DNA of 25,435 nucleotides from a plasmid: sequence record CP051941.1; one strand, 5' to 3'. Shown piece by piece: positions 17,348 to 25,435 of this stretch (position 1 is its first letter; each line of letters starts with the position of its first letter). The notes under the pieces were generated by a model. It saw only the letters and a program-made list of their open reading frames with translations, ran no database searches and was not told where the DNA came from. The position numbers and the translations under genes were made by a program.

Positions 17348-17815
17348 AATAATTGATTAGGCACTAAAAGTTATAAAATTTTAGTGTCTTTTATATAGTG
17401 AGAACTTCTGGTAATCATCGATTATGTAAACTAAAGTATTTCAAATAATTAACTGTATTAATACTCTCATCATGATTGCGTTATAAACGTTCATTTGAAG
17501 GTCATCTCTATCATAAATATTTAAATTAACTAAAAATTTTAATCATCTGTTTAATACTTATGAAATGTATTTACGGTAGGTATTAAAATTGATGAAATTT
17601 ATATAAGTGCTTTCAATGAAAATGACCGTTTATTTATCCTCCTGATTTAAGGAGTTAGAAATTTCGAAAACGATTCTTTCCATTTGTTGCATTTGTTCCA
17701 TGTCCAGATATTTAATACATTATAGAAAACCAAAGACCATCACTAATTAAACGCAGTTTTAAAATTTCATCAGGATTGCCTTCGTCTTTAAAATGGGCCT
17801 CTTTTAATATAAGTT

Positions 17816-18715
17816 CTACTCTTTCATACCTAACTCTTTCAATGCCATCGTTTCATACGCCGATTCTCCTGATTCCATAGCAAACTCAGCGATAAACATT
17901 GGGAATACTGCATTGAGTTCTATTATATGCTCTTTCATTCGTGGCCATATTTCACCTCCAGCTTTACCGTATGCTGTTATAAGTTGCTCTAATCCTTCGT
18001 CGTCGAATACACGATGGTGTCCTATAAAGTCCATTGATGGGTCGGAGTGGGTTGCTTCAGTCCAGTCTATGAGACCTGTGACGTTTGCTTGGTTATCTAC
18101 CATTATATGTCCTGGATGTAAGTCCCCATGTATCATGGTCGCATGTCGAGGCCATAGTTCGTCGTTTTCTAACCATTGTTTCCATCTGTTCCATAATTCA
18201 TCTGATACGCCATAAGTTTCTTTAACTTTATTCATTCTTCTTTGAAAGTCATTTTTTATTTCTTGTATGGTTTTGATATTTATATGCTGAACGTTAATGT
18301 TTTCTTCTGGTATGTTGTGTAAATCTACGAGTGTTTCAGCTAATGTGTTAATAAAGTTTTCTGGTAATGGTTTGTGTTCAATTTCCCATACATAATTTTG
18401 TATTTCTGGATCTATTGTGGCTGCGGGTTTACCTGTAAGTTTTGGGTAAGCAATAAGGTCTTTTGCATGTACTTTCCACTTCGGTATTTCAAATGAAACA
18501 TTCTTCTGTAAGAAGTCTACCGTTTGTTTTTCGGGTTTTGTTCGTTTATAAACGTCAGGTCTTCTTGGTAGTCTCAAAACCCATTCTACTCCATGTTTAT
18601 CTTTTCCAAATGCAACTTGAAAATCAAGTCCCGATTCATTCAATGAGATTGTTTGAGGTTGGATGTGTAATTGATATTTTTCTGCACATTTAATAATTTC
18701 ATTATGTCGAGTCAT
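17816..18715 (-). CDS. mph(C): Macrolide 2'-phosphotransferase Mph(C).
   Basis: 299 aa starting MTRHNEIIKCAEKYQLHIQPQTISLNESGLDFQVAFGKDKHGVEWVLRLPRRPDVYKRTKPEKQTVDFLQKNVSFEIPKWKV, with the kinase motifs HGDLHPGHI and IDWTEA. It lies downstream of msr(A). Confidence 0.9.
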   Translation of the reverse strand: MTRHNEIIKCAEKYQLHIQPQTISLNESGLDFQVAFGKDKHGVEWVLRLPRRPDVYKRTKPEKQTVDFLQKNVSFEIPKWKVHAKDLIAYPKLTGKPAATIDPEIQNYVWEIEHKPLPENFINTLAETLVDLHNIPEENINVQHINIKTIQEIKNDFQRRMNKVKETYGVSDELWNRWKQWLENDELWPRHATMIHGDLHPGHIMVDNQANVTGLIDWTEATHSDPSMDFIGHHRVFDDEGLEQLITAYGKAGGEIWPRMKEHIIELNAVFPMFIAEFAMESGESAYETMALKELGMKE

Positions 18716-18813
18716 TTTATTGGATCCTTATTTCTATTATATTTTTCTTGTGAACGTATTTTTTATATTGATATAAATGAACCTAATATTCAATATAAAT
18801 TAGTGTATAGTTT

Positions 18814-20280
18814 TTAAGTTATATCATGAAGAGATTGTCCTGTTAATTCCCATTTTTTATCTGATACATGTTTAACAAACCTTGTATCATGTGATGTAAA
18901 CAAAATGATTCCAGGATATTTATTCATAAACATTTCTAATGCTTCTAATGTTTTAATATCTAAAAAATTAGTTGGTTCATCCAAAATTAACATATTCGCT
19001 TTCGTTGAAAATAATACTGCTAACGATAATTTCGTTCTTTCCCCACCACTCAAAACATTACAAGAACGATCAAGTGCTTCATTTAAACCCAAGTTATTTA
19101 AAATAGCTCTACTGAATGATTCTGATGAATCCGTTTCATCCATTAAATATTGCAATAATGAAACGTCACGCATGTCTTCATAAGCAAGTTGACGATAGTA
19201 TGCCATTTGCACTTTAGGAGAACAATCAATTCCCTCTATTTGGTGGTAAATAGCTTCAAGTAAAGTTGTCTTACCTACACCATTTGCACCTACGAGCGCT
19301 ATATTTTTGCCATATGGTATTTGGAATCGTACTTGTGTTAGCAGTTTTTGACTTCCTTTAACCAATGTTAGATTTTGTGCAATGATTGGATAATTATTAT
19401 GGATATCATAAATTTTATTTTGTGGGAAATTGAATTCATGATAACTTTGTGGTTTTTCAACTTCTTCCAAATGTTCCATTCTTTTTTCAATATGCTTAGC
19501 TTGTTTTTGAGCAGCCTTCTCAACCGTGCCTTTTTGTTTTGATGCACTTAAACGATCTGGTGCTATACTTTTGTTTTTTTGTTTTGATGATGCTTGTGCC
19601 ATTTGTTGCGCTTGATTTCGTTTAGCTTTACTGGCTTGGGACAATCTTTGTTTTTCACTTATATACTGTTCATATTGACGTTGTTGTTCTAACTGTTCTT
19701 GTTCATATTGATTTTGATACTGTGTGTAATTACCTTTAAACACTCTTATTGTGCCATCTTCTTGTATATCCCAAATTGTGTCAGCAATTTGGTCTATAAG
19801 TGCTCTATCATGACTTACTATAATTAAAGTACCATAGTAATATTTTAAAATATTTTTCAGATAATCTTTACCAATTTTATCCAAGTGATTTGTAGGTTCA
19901 TCTAAAAGTAATATCGGACTATAATTTGATATGACATTAGCTAATTTATATTTTGCTTTTTCACCACCACTCATACTGTCGGTTGTATGCATAGGTATAT
20001 GGAGTTCACTCATTAAACTACCGTCTAACGTGTTAAAATCATTTTCCACATCCATGTTAAGCTGTTCAAAATATTGAATTTCGCCAACCGTTTCAACTGT
20101 TCCAGATTCTGGTTTTGTTTTTTGAGCAATCATATTTAGTAATGTGGTTTTGCCAGTACCATTACCCCCAATAAGTGCTATTTTTTCAAATTGGTAAGCG
20201 TAAAGATGACCGATGTTAAGTGATCGTAAATCTGTCAATTTATGATTGATTTGGTTAAATTTAATTGTATATTGTTCCAT
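18814..20280 (-). CDS. msr(A): ABC-F ribosomal protection protein Msr(A), conferring macrolide/streptogramin B resistance.
   Basis: 488 aa with two ABC ATPase domains (GGNGTGKTT; GANGVGKTT; LSGGE twice) separated by a Q-rich linker. No TM domain. Confidence 0.95.
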   Translation of the reverse strand: MEQYTIKFNQINHKLTDLRSLNIGHLYAYQFEKIALIGGNGTGKTTLLNMIAQKTKPESGTVETVGEIQYFEQLNMDVENDFNTLDGSLMSELHIPMHTTDSMSGGEKAKYKLANVISNYSPILLLDEPTNHLDKIGKDYLKNILKYYYGTLIIVSHDRALIDQIADTIWDIQEDGTIRVFKGNYTQYQNQYEQEQLEQQRQYEQYISEKQRLSQASKAKRNQAQQMAQASSKQKNKSIAPDRLSASKQKGTVEKAAQKQAKHIEKRMEHLEEVEKPQSYHEFNFPQNKIYDIHNNYPIIAQNLTLVKGSQKLLTQVRFQIPYGKNIALVGANGVGKTTLLEAIYHQIEGIDCSPKVQMAYYRQLAYEDMRDVSLLQYLMDETDSSESFSRAILNNLGLNEALDRSCNVLSGGERTKLSLAVLFSTKANMLILDEPTNFLDIKTLEALEMFMNKYPGIILFTSHDTRFVKHVSDKKWELTGQSLHDIT

Positions 20281-20317
20281 ATTTATACACTCCTTGTATA
20301 TTTAAAGGACGTGTACG

Positions 20318-20349
20318 CAAAAAAATGAGACAGGCTACTCCCGTCTCAT
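20318..20349 (-). terminator. msr(A) attenuator terminator.
   Basis: On the minus strand there is a tgagacggg-agtagcc-tgtctca hairpin followed by ttttttt, between the leader peptide and the msr(A) RBS aaggagtg. Confidence 0.6.
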
Positions 20350-20510
20350 TCACATTACACTTTCAAACACTTAAAAATTTATTATGATGTTTTAGTATTT
20401 GAAAGCGTTTATTATTCCTATCGAAGGATAAAAAATGACATAAGTCATCCTATGAGTGTGTATTGCGGACAAGCCTTTTTGAATTAATTTAGTTTTGTAT
20501 TCAAAAAGGT

Positions 20511-20537
20511 TTATTTGAGTCTCATAGAAGCTGTCAT
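20511..20537 (-). CDS. msr(A) leader peptide MTASMRLK.
   Basis: ggagg RBS then ATG ACA GCT TCT ATG AGA CTC AAA TAA on the minus strand. This is the classic inducible-attenuation leader of msr(A). Confidence 0.7.
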   Translation of the reverse strand: MTASMRLK

Positions 20538-20696
20538 TTTAATCCTCCTTCATCGATAAAATAGTAATGTTAATATAACATTTTGTTGGTTTTTTTACAA
20601 TATATCTCTAAGTAGAAAGATTATATAACAAAAGTATAAAAATACAATTTTAGATTGATTATACATCTCCTTAATTTAGAGTGTACTCATAAAATA

Positions 20697-21486
20697 CGGT
20701 TCTGTTGCAAAGTTGAATTTATAATATAATTTTAACAAAAAGGAGTCTTCTGTATGAACTATTTCAGATATAAACAATTTAACAAGGATGTTATCACTGT
20801 AGCCGTTGGCTACTATCTAAGATATGCATTGAGCTATCGTGATATATCTGAAATATTAAGAGAACGTGGTGTAAACGTTCATCATTCAACGATCTACCGT
20901 TGGGTTCAAGAATATGCCCCAATTTTATATCAAATTTGGAAGAAAAAGCATAAAAAAGCTTATTACAAATGGCGTATTGATGAGACGTATATCAAAATAA
21001 AAGGAAAATGGAGCTATTTATATCGTGCCATTGATACAGAGGGACATACATTAGATATTTGGTTGCGTAAGCAACGAGATAATCATTCAGCATATGCGTT
21101 TATCAAACGTCTCATTAAACAATTTGGTAAGCCTCAAAAGGTAGTTACAGATCAGGCACCTTCAACGAAGGCAGCAATGGCTAAAATAATTAAAGCTTTT
21201 AAACTTAAACCTGACTGTCATTGTACATCGAAATATCTGAATAACCTCATTGAGCAAGATCACCGTCATATTAAAGTAAGAAAGACAAGATATCAAAGTA
21301 TCAATACGGCAAAGAATACTTTAAAAGGTATTGAATGTATTTACGCTCTATATAAAAAGAACCGTAGGTCTCTTCAGATCTACGGATTTTCCCCATGCCA
21401 CGAAATTAGCATCATGCTAGCAAGTTAAACGAACACTGACATGATATATTAGTGATTAGCTATATTTTTTACTTTGCAACAGAACC
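20697..21486 (+). mobile_element. IS257/IS431 copy 2 (complete).
   Basis: Terminal repeats ggttctgttgcaaagt (20697) and ...ctttgcaacagaacc (21486). The flanking 8-mers differ (taaaatac / agccattt), so there is no target-site duplication. Confidence 0.9.
20754..21428 (+). CDS. tnp: IS257 transposase.
   Basis: 224 aa, near-identical to 3208-3882. Confidence 0.95.
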   Translation: MNYFRYKQFNKDVITVAVGYYLRYALSYRDISEILRERGVNVHHSTIYRWVQEYAPILYQIWKKKHKKAYYKWRIDETYIKIKGKWSYLYRAIDTEGHTLDIWLRKQRDNHSAYAFIKRLIKQFGKPQKVVTDQAPSTKAAMAKIIKAFKLKPDCHCTSKYLNNLIEQDHRHIKVRKTRYQSINTAKNTLKGIECIYALYKKNRRSLQIYGFSPCHEISIMLAS

Positions 21487-21863
21487 AGCCATTTAATATG
21501 ACTGTTACAATTACTAAGATTCAAGCACTATTACGCCGCACGTATGATTTCACCACTCAAGTTAATAATTTAACAGTAGATGATTGCGAGTTACTACTTG
21601 ATGCAGCAAAGCTTAAATTTAATGAAGAAACCATAGACCTGACACACACTGAATTGCAAATCATGCATAGCTTATTCCAGAACAAGGGCAAATTCGTCAG
21701 TCGTAATGCGTTAATCGAAAAATGCTGGGAATCAGAACACTTCATTGATGACAATACGCTTGCTGTCAACATTACACGTTTACGCAAAAAGCTACAAAAA
21801 CTAGGACTTACAGATTTTATCGAAACGAAGAAAAATGTCGGATATCGTGTAGGTGACGTATGA
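21487..21863 (+). pseudogene. OmpR-family (BceR/GraR-like) response regulator. Only the C-terminal winged-helix domain remains; the receiver domain was deleted by IS257.
   Basis: The reading frame is open from the first base after the IS257 terminus (...LTHTELQIMHSLFQNKGKFVSRNALIEKCWESEHFIDDNTLAVNITRLRKKL...GYRVGDV). No receiver domain or start codon outside the IS. Confidence 0.6.
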
Positions 21864-22741
21864 ATTTCTTGAAATCAATCCAACGTGAAATTTATATTGT
21901 CATCCTTACTTGTGCTTTATTCTACTTTATATTATTCATGTATAATGTGCCGATGCAAGCATATATGATTGGTCTAGGTATTGTATTGTTTGTTTCAATG
22001 ATTTACTGGGGTATCCATTACATGAACTTTAAAAAAGAATAAACACTACAGGAACAGAACGAAGATTTAAGAATCGAAAACCATAAACTTCGTAATGACT
22101 TTATTAACTACCAAAGTGAGTTAGAGTCATATTTTTTAATGTGGGTGCATCAAATCAAGACACCGATTACAGCATCAAAGTTACTGCTTGAAGATCCTGA
22201 TGAACACGTGATTTCTAACGTGCGTAATGAAGTCTTACAAATTGATAATTACACGAATCTTGCACTGAACTATTTGAAACTCATGAACCAAAAGACATAC
22301 ATGGTCTTTATGGAAGTGAGTGTAGATGAATTAATTCGACCACTGATTAAACGTTATGCGATACAGTTTATTCATCATCAAACAAAGTTGCATTATGAGA
22401 AAAGTGAAGCGGTTATATTAACAGATGCCAAATGGGCATCAATTATGATTGAGCAAATATTAAACAATGCATTAAAATATGCACGTGGCAAAGATGTGTG
22501 GATTACGTTTGACGAAAATACAAAGAAATTATCAATCCGAGATAACGGTATCGGCATTAATGCGAGTGATTTACCGAAAATCTTTGATAAAGGTTTCTCG
22601 GGCTATAACGGTAGAATAAGTGAGAAATCAAGCGGTATTGGTTTATATATTGTCAGCACAATCTCAAAGCGCTTAGGCCATAAAGTAAGTGCTACATCTA
22701 CATTAAACGATGGTTCAATATTCACCATTCAATTTAAATAA
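21860..22741 (+). pseudogene. BceS-like intramembrane-sensing histidine kinase with an in-frame TAA at 22040-22042.
   Basis: ORFs 21860-22042 (two TM helices) and 22139-22741 are in the same frame and separated by one stop. The downstream part has H-box VHQIKTPI and ATPase motifs (DNGIGI, GYNGR...SSGIGL). The start overlaps the regulator stop (ATGA). Confidence 0.6.
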
Positions 22742-22756
22742 CTCCAATCTTTCATT

Positions 22757-22785
22757 TTTGTAAGATTAGCGGCTGTTTTTGTAAG
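22757..22785. promoter_or_regulatory. Direct repeats ttttgtaaga-N10-ttttgtaaga upstream of bcrA. Candidate response-regulator box.
   Basis: Two exact 10-mers 20 bp apart, 70-100 bp upstream of the ABC transporter start. Confidence 0.35.
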
Positions 22786-22856
22786 AATAGATAAAGGCAG
22801 CCTTTTCTAATCGCGCGTAAGATAAAGGTAACAACAAACTAAGAAAGGTGCCAGAG

Positions 22857-23786
22857 GTGAAAAATTTGAATAATATAATTGAAATAAATAACTTAACAAA
22901 GCAATATGGAAGTCAGATAGCAGTTAATAATTTGAGTATAACTGTTGAAAGTGGACAAATTTATGGTTTTTTAGGAAGAAATGGTGCAGGCAAAACAACT
23001 ACTATAAGAATGCTTTTAGGCTTAATTAAACCTACGAAAGGTAATATTAAAATATTTGAAAAAGAGTTCGAAAGTAATAAAACTGAAATTTTAAAAAATA
23101 TTGGTGCTATGGTTGAAACGCCAGGTTTTTATAGTAATTTGACAGCTAAAGAGAACTTAACTATAAATGCTAAAATATTAGGTATACAAAAAGAAAATGC
23201 AATTGAAGAAGTGTTAGAAATAGTAGGACTAGCTTCTGAAAAAGTAAAATTGTTTAAAAATTATTCTTTAGGTATGAAGCAACGTTTAGGGATTGCGAGA
23301 GCTTTATTGCACAATCCCGAATTATTGATACTTGATGAGCCGACGAATGGATTAGATCCTATTGGCATAAAAGAAATTAGAAAGTTGATTAAGGATCTGG
23401 CTCAATCTAGAAATATAACCATTTTAATTTCAAGTCATATATTGTCAGAAATAGAGCAGTTAGTAGACAAGGTGGGTATTATTCATAACGGAGTTTTGTT
23501 AGAAGAAATTATGTATGAAGATTTAAAAAAAAAGAACAGACAATTTATAAGTATATCAGTATCAGATGAAGAAAAAGTTGCATGTTTGTTGGAAACTAAC
23601 TTCGGAATTTATGACTATAAAATTAAAGAAAATGGCGAATTTAAAATTTATTCACATATTGATAGACAACAAGAAATTAATAGATTATTAGTATTAAACA
23701 ATATTGATGTTTTCCAGATGAGAGTGATAGAAGATAATCTAGAAACTTATTTCGAAGACTTAGTAGGAGGTGGCACAATTGGATAA
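22857..23786 (+). CDS. bcrA: Bacitracin-type ABC transporter ATP-binding protein (BcrA/BceA-like).
   Basis: Walker A GRNGAGKTT, signature LSLGMKQRLGIA, Walker B LLILDEPT. A probable GTG start at 22857 has RBS aaaggtg upstream; the ORF track calls 22848. Confidence 0.7.
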   Translation: MKNLNNIIEINNLTKQYGSQIAVNNLSITVESGQIYGFLGRNGAGKTTTIRMLLGLIKPTKGNIKIFEKEFESNKTEILKNIGAMVETPGFYSNLTAKENLTINAKILGIQKENAIEEVLEIVGLASEKVKLFKNYSLGMKQRLGIARALLHNPELLILDEPTNGLDPIGIKEIRKLIKDLAQSRNITILISSHILSEIEQLVDKVGIIHNGVLLEEIMYEDLKKKNRQFISISVSDEEKVACLLETNFGIYDYKIKENGEFKIYSHIDRQQEINRLLVLNNIDVFQMRVIEDNLETYFEDLVGGGTIG

Positions 23787-24516
23787 TCTACTCCGTACAG
23801 AATTTATTAAGTTAAAAAGATCATATATGTTTCTAATAAGTATTTTAGGTACATGCGTAGCACCTTTTATGGTGGTTGTAGCTTCTTTTATTAGTATGCG
23901 GACGAAAGTACCGACTCCTAATATTGTATTTAAACAGTTATTTGAAGAAGTCAGTTTATATCATATGCTAATTATTGGACCTCCTCTATATGGGGTTATA
24001 ATAGCCTATTTGTTTGGAAGAGAATATATAGAAGATACTTTAAAAAACTTATTAATTATACCTATATCTAGAGAAAGTTTTTTAGTAAGTAAAATAATAT
24101 TATTATTCTTGTGGATTCAAACACTATCTGTTATTGCATGGTTGCTAACTTTAATGCTAGGTATGCTATTGCATTTTCAAGGGTTAAGCCAGAGTTTAAT
24201 AATTGATTCATTCTTTACATTTGTTATTGGCGGAGTGTTATTATGGATATTATCTCCACCAATAATTATTTTGTCGATATATTTTAAAAATTATGTTCCC
24301 ACAATTGTTTTAACCATAATAATTACTTTGATAAATTTAATGACTGCTAATTCTGAACATAGAGGATTATTTCCTTGGGCTGCAGTTGGAGACATATCTA
24401 GAGGAACATTACCTAATACTTATCCATTTCTATTATCTTTAATTATCATAATTGTTACATCTATATTCAGTGTAATTATATTATTCTCATACTTTAAAAA
24501 AACTGATATAAGTTAA
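23770..24516 (+). CDS. bcrB: ABC-2 type permease (BcrB-like), six TM helices.
   Basis: 248-aa hydrophobic protein whose start overlaps bcrA. Confidence 0.65.
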   Translation: MAQLDNLLRTEFIKLKRSYMFLISILGTCVAPFMVVVASFISMRTKVPTPNIVFKQLFEEVSLYHMLIIGPPLYGVIIAYLFGREYIEDTLKNLLIIPISRESFLVSKIILLFLWIQTLSVIAWLLTLMLGMLLHFQGLSQSLIIDSFFTFVIGGVLLWILSPPIIILSIYFKNYVPTIVLTIIITLINLMTANSEHRGLFPWAAVGDISRGTLPNTYPFLLSLIIIIVTSIFSVIILFSYFKKTDIS

Positions 24517-24529
24517 AAGGAGGAGAAAA

Positions 24530-24706
24530 ATGGGTTTTATAGAGCAGATTAAAGCATTTATTTTAGGTGTAGTTGAAGGGTTGACAGAATTTGCTCCAGT
24601 ATCATCAACAGGTCATATGATTATTGTTGATGATATGTGGTTAAACACTGCTGACGATTTAGGAAGTGCGTCTGCAACTACTTTTAAGGTGGTAATACAG
24701 TTAGGA
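24530..24706 (+). pseudogene. uppP: Undecaprenyl-diphosphatase UppP/BacA (BcrC-like), truncated after about 59 codons by IS257.
   Basis: N-terminus [32 protein letters not shown] matches UppP, with RBS aggagg upstream. The ORF reads straight into the IS257 terminal repeat at 24707. Confidence 0.65.
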
Positions 24707-25435
24707 GGTTCTGTTGCAAAGTTGAATTTATAATATAATTTTAACAAAAAGGAGTCTTCTGTATGAACTATTTCAGATATAAACAATTTAACAAGGATGT
24801 TATCACTGTAGCCGTTGGCTACTATCTAAGATATGCATTGAGCTATCGTGATATATCTGAAATATTAAGAGAACGTGGTGTAAACGTTCATCATTCAACG
24901 ATCTACCGTTGGGTTCAAGAATATGCCCCAATTTTATATCAAATTTGGAAGAAAAAGCATAAAAAAGCTTATTACAAATGGCGTATTGATGAGACGTATA
25001 TCAAAATAAAAGGAAAATGGAGCTATTTATATCGTGCCATTGATACAGAGGGACATACATTAGATATTTGGTTGCGTAAGCAACGAGATAATCATTCAGC
25101 ATATGCGTTTATCAAACGTCTCATTAAACAATTTGGTAAGCCTCAAAAGGTAGTTACAGATCAGGCACCTTCAACGAAGGCAGCAATGGCTAAAATAATT
25201 AAAGCTTTTAAACTTAAACCTGACTGTCATTGTACATCGAAATATCTGAATAACCTCATTGAGCAAGATCACCGTCATATTAAAGTAAGAAAGACAAGAT
25301 ATCAAAGTATCAATACGGCAAAGAATACTTTAAAAGGTATTGAATGTATTTACGCTCTATATAAAAAGAACCGTAGGTCTCTTCAGATCTACGGATTTTC
25401 CCCATGCCACGAAATTAGCATCATGCTAGCAAGTT
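24707..25435 (+). mobile_element. IS257/IS431 copy 3 (left end and transposase gene 24763 onward, running off the window end and continuing at 1-60).
   Basis: ggttctgttgcaaagt at 24707, then sequence near-identical to 20697-21430. Confidence 0.9.

Noticed and set aside
20560-20696. 23-aa minus ORF MYNQSKIVFLYFCYIIFLLRDIL upstream of the msr(A) leader.
   Set aside because: The AAGGAG abuts the ATG with zero spacing, so translation initiation is implausible. The region is better explained as the msr(A) leader promoter.

Overview
This window looks like a complete circular staphylococcal multiresistance plasmid of about 25.4 kb (pSK1 / pUSA300HOUMR-like), linearised inside an IS257/IS431 copy: the last bases of the window (...gctagcaagtt) and the first bases (aaacgaacactgac...) join to form one uninterrupted IS257, as seen in the internal copy at 21410-21440. 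Three IS257 copies (3149-3938 minus; 20697-21486 plus; 24707-25435 continuing into 1-60, plus) partition the replicon into modules. (1) A 5'-truncated, nonsense-mutated aadE followed by sat4 and aph(3')-IIIa, then a frameshifted HTH-WYL regulator pseudogene. (2) A Tn552-type bla module (binL/bin3 resolvase, blaI, blaR1, and blaZ with its operator dyads) lacking the p480/p271 transposition genes. (3) A divergent MarR / quinone-oxidoreductase pair. (4) An unannotated SprA1/PepA1-like type I toxin-antitoxin locus. (5) cadX-cadD with its operator palindrome. (6) An accessory segment of about 2.2 kb bracketed by two copies of a roughly 165-bp highly structured palindromic element. It carries a candidate sRNA, a 25-aa hydrophobic peptide, a small membrane protein and a signal-peptide-bearing cysteine-rich 230-aa protein, followed by a Cse60-like mini-ORF, plus two copies of a roughly 260-bp direct repeat. 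(7) The RepA_N replication region with in-gene iterons and a candidate RNAI countertranscript, and the divergent pSK1-type par gene with its repeat array. (8) mph(C)-msr(A) with the MTASMRLK leader and attenuator. (9) A degenerate BceRS-like two-component system (response regulator decapitated by IS257, kinase with an in-frame stop) upstream of an intact bcrAB-like ABC transporter, with uppP cut by IS257. Most novelty is in module 6 and in the small RNA and peptide genes that the ORF track misses.
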